From contig JAUCBJ010008761.1 of assembly GCA_032718475.1 (NCBI GenBank), positions 1 through 64,000 of the forward strand: DNA of 64,000 bases, written 5' to 3'. Under the pieces are notes generated by a model, which worked only from the letters and a program-made list of their open reading frames with translations, had not been told where the DNA came from and did no database searches. Below, piece by piece: positions 63,497 to 64,000 of the stretch. The stretch comes from Nemertoderma westbladi (taxonomy: Eukaryota > Animalia > Xenacoelomorpha). A program made the translations under genes and the position numbers. Numbering within the stretch: the stretch's first letter is position 1; each line of letters starts with the position of its first letter.

Positions 63497-63960
63497 GCGG
63501 AAGTAGAACTGTTGATAAACTCGAGACCCCTTTGTCCTATGAACGATAATCTCAACTCAGGTGATGTGTTAACTCCAAACCATTTGCTATTTAGATGCCG
63601 TCTGCTGGGATATCCTTCTGAGATGTTCAGCGATAAAGCGTACCTAATTTCAAAGAAACAATTGGAAATATGTCAATATTTAACCGGAGTTTTTTTGGGA
63701 GAAATGGAGTGCCACATACAAGCAAACTCTTATTAACCAACAAAAATGGTTACGGCTGGTCAAGAACTTTAACATAGGGGACATTGTACTACTAGTAGAT
63801 CCAGATACTAAACACGGCCAATGGAGAATGGGTCGAATTAAAGACGTTGTTACCAGCGAAGATGGCTTAGTTCGTACAGTACATATTTGGTCAAGATTTT
63901 CAAACTTATGTCGACCGATAAATAAAATCTGCCGGTTAGAACTGGATTTTGGTGATAGCA
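63497..63960 (+). pseudogene. Relic integrase C-terminus (DUF5641-like) of a different, older BEL/Pao element
   Basis: AEVELLINSRPL..VLTPNHLL, frameshift near 63695, then QKW..GDIVLLVDP..QWRMGRI..SEDGLVRTV..RPINKICRLE, followed by a G run. Confidence 0.9.
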
Positions 63961-64000
63961 GGGGGGGGGGGGGGGGGGGTGAAAATACCCCTCCCCCCCC

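Noticed and set aside
4832-63979. Recurrent long G/C homopolymers (e.g. 6272, 8677, 25683, 28576, 40375, 41201, 45030, 63961)
   Set aside because: Scattered with no consistent context; run lengths are prone to sequencing error and no function can be supported.

Overview
AT-rich, repeat-rich animal (probably invertebrate metazoan) genomic DNA; there are no prokaryotic features. Host genes: (1) an intronless NEMF/Rqc2 gene (1356-4534, +) split by an apparent 13-nt deletion frameshift; (2) RPL30 (13884-14213, +) with an uninterrupted CDS; (3) an 8-exon DOK4/5/6-like PH+PTB docking-protein gene on the minus strand (42103->22369, ~438 aa). The ORF track misses this third gene; I assembled it by hand with all splice phases consistent. 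The right end holds a full-length BEL/Pao LTR retrotransposon (47837-63496, minus strand, intact 2676-aa polyprotein); part of a third LTR of the same family is at 1-539. Most notably, this element has no tRNA-type primer-binding site. The 12 nt right after its 5' LTR are instead perfectly complementary to a conserved 12-mer inside the LTR, which is the geometry of Tf1-type self-priming. Its flanks lack a TSD and the differences between its LTRs are clustered, suggesting recombination between two insertions. The rest is nested non-autonomous DNA transposons (including an IS3EU-like element with a 6-bp TSD), LINE relics and tandem arrays (14, 40, 49 and 315 bp; the last carries 10 CTCF-like motifs). 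Coordinates and counts were read by eye.
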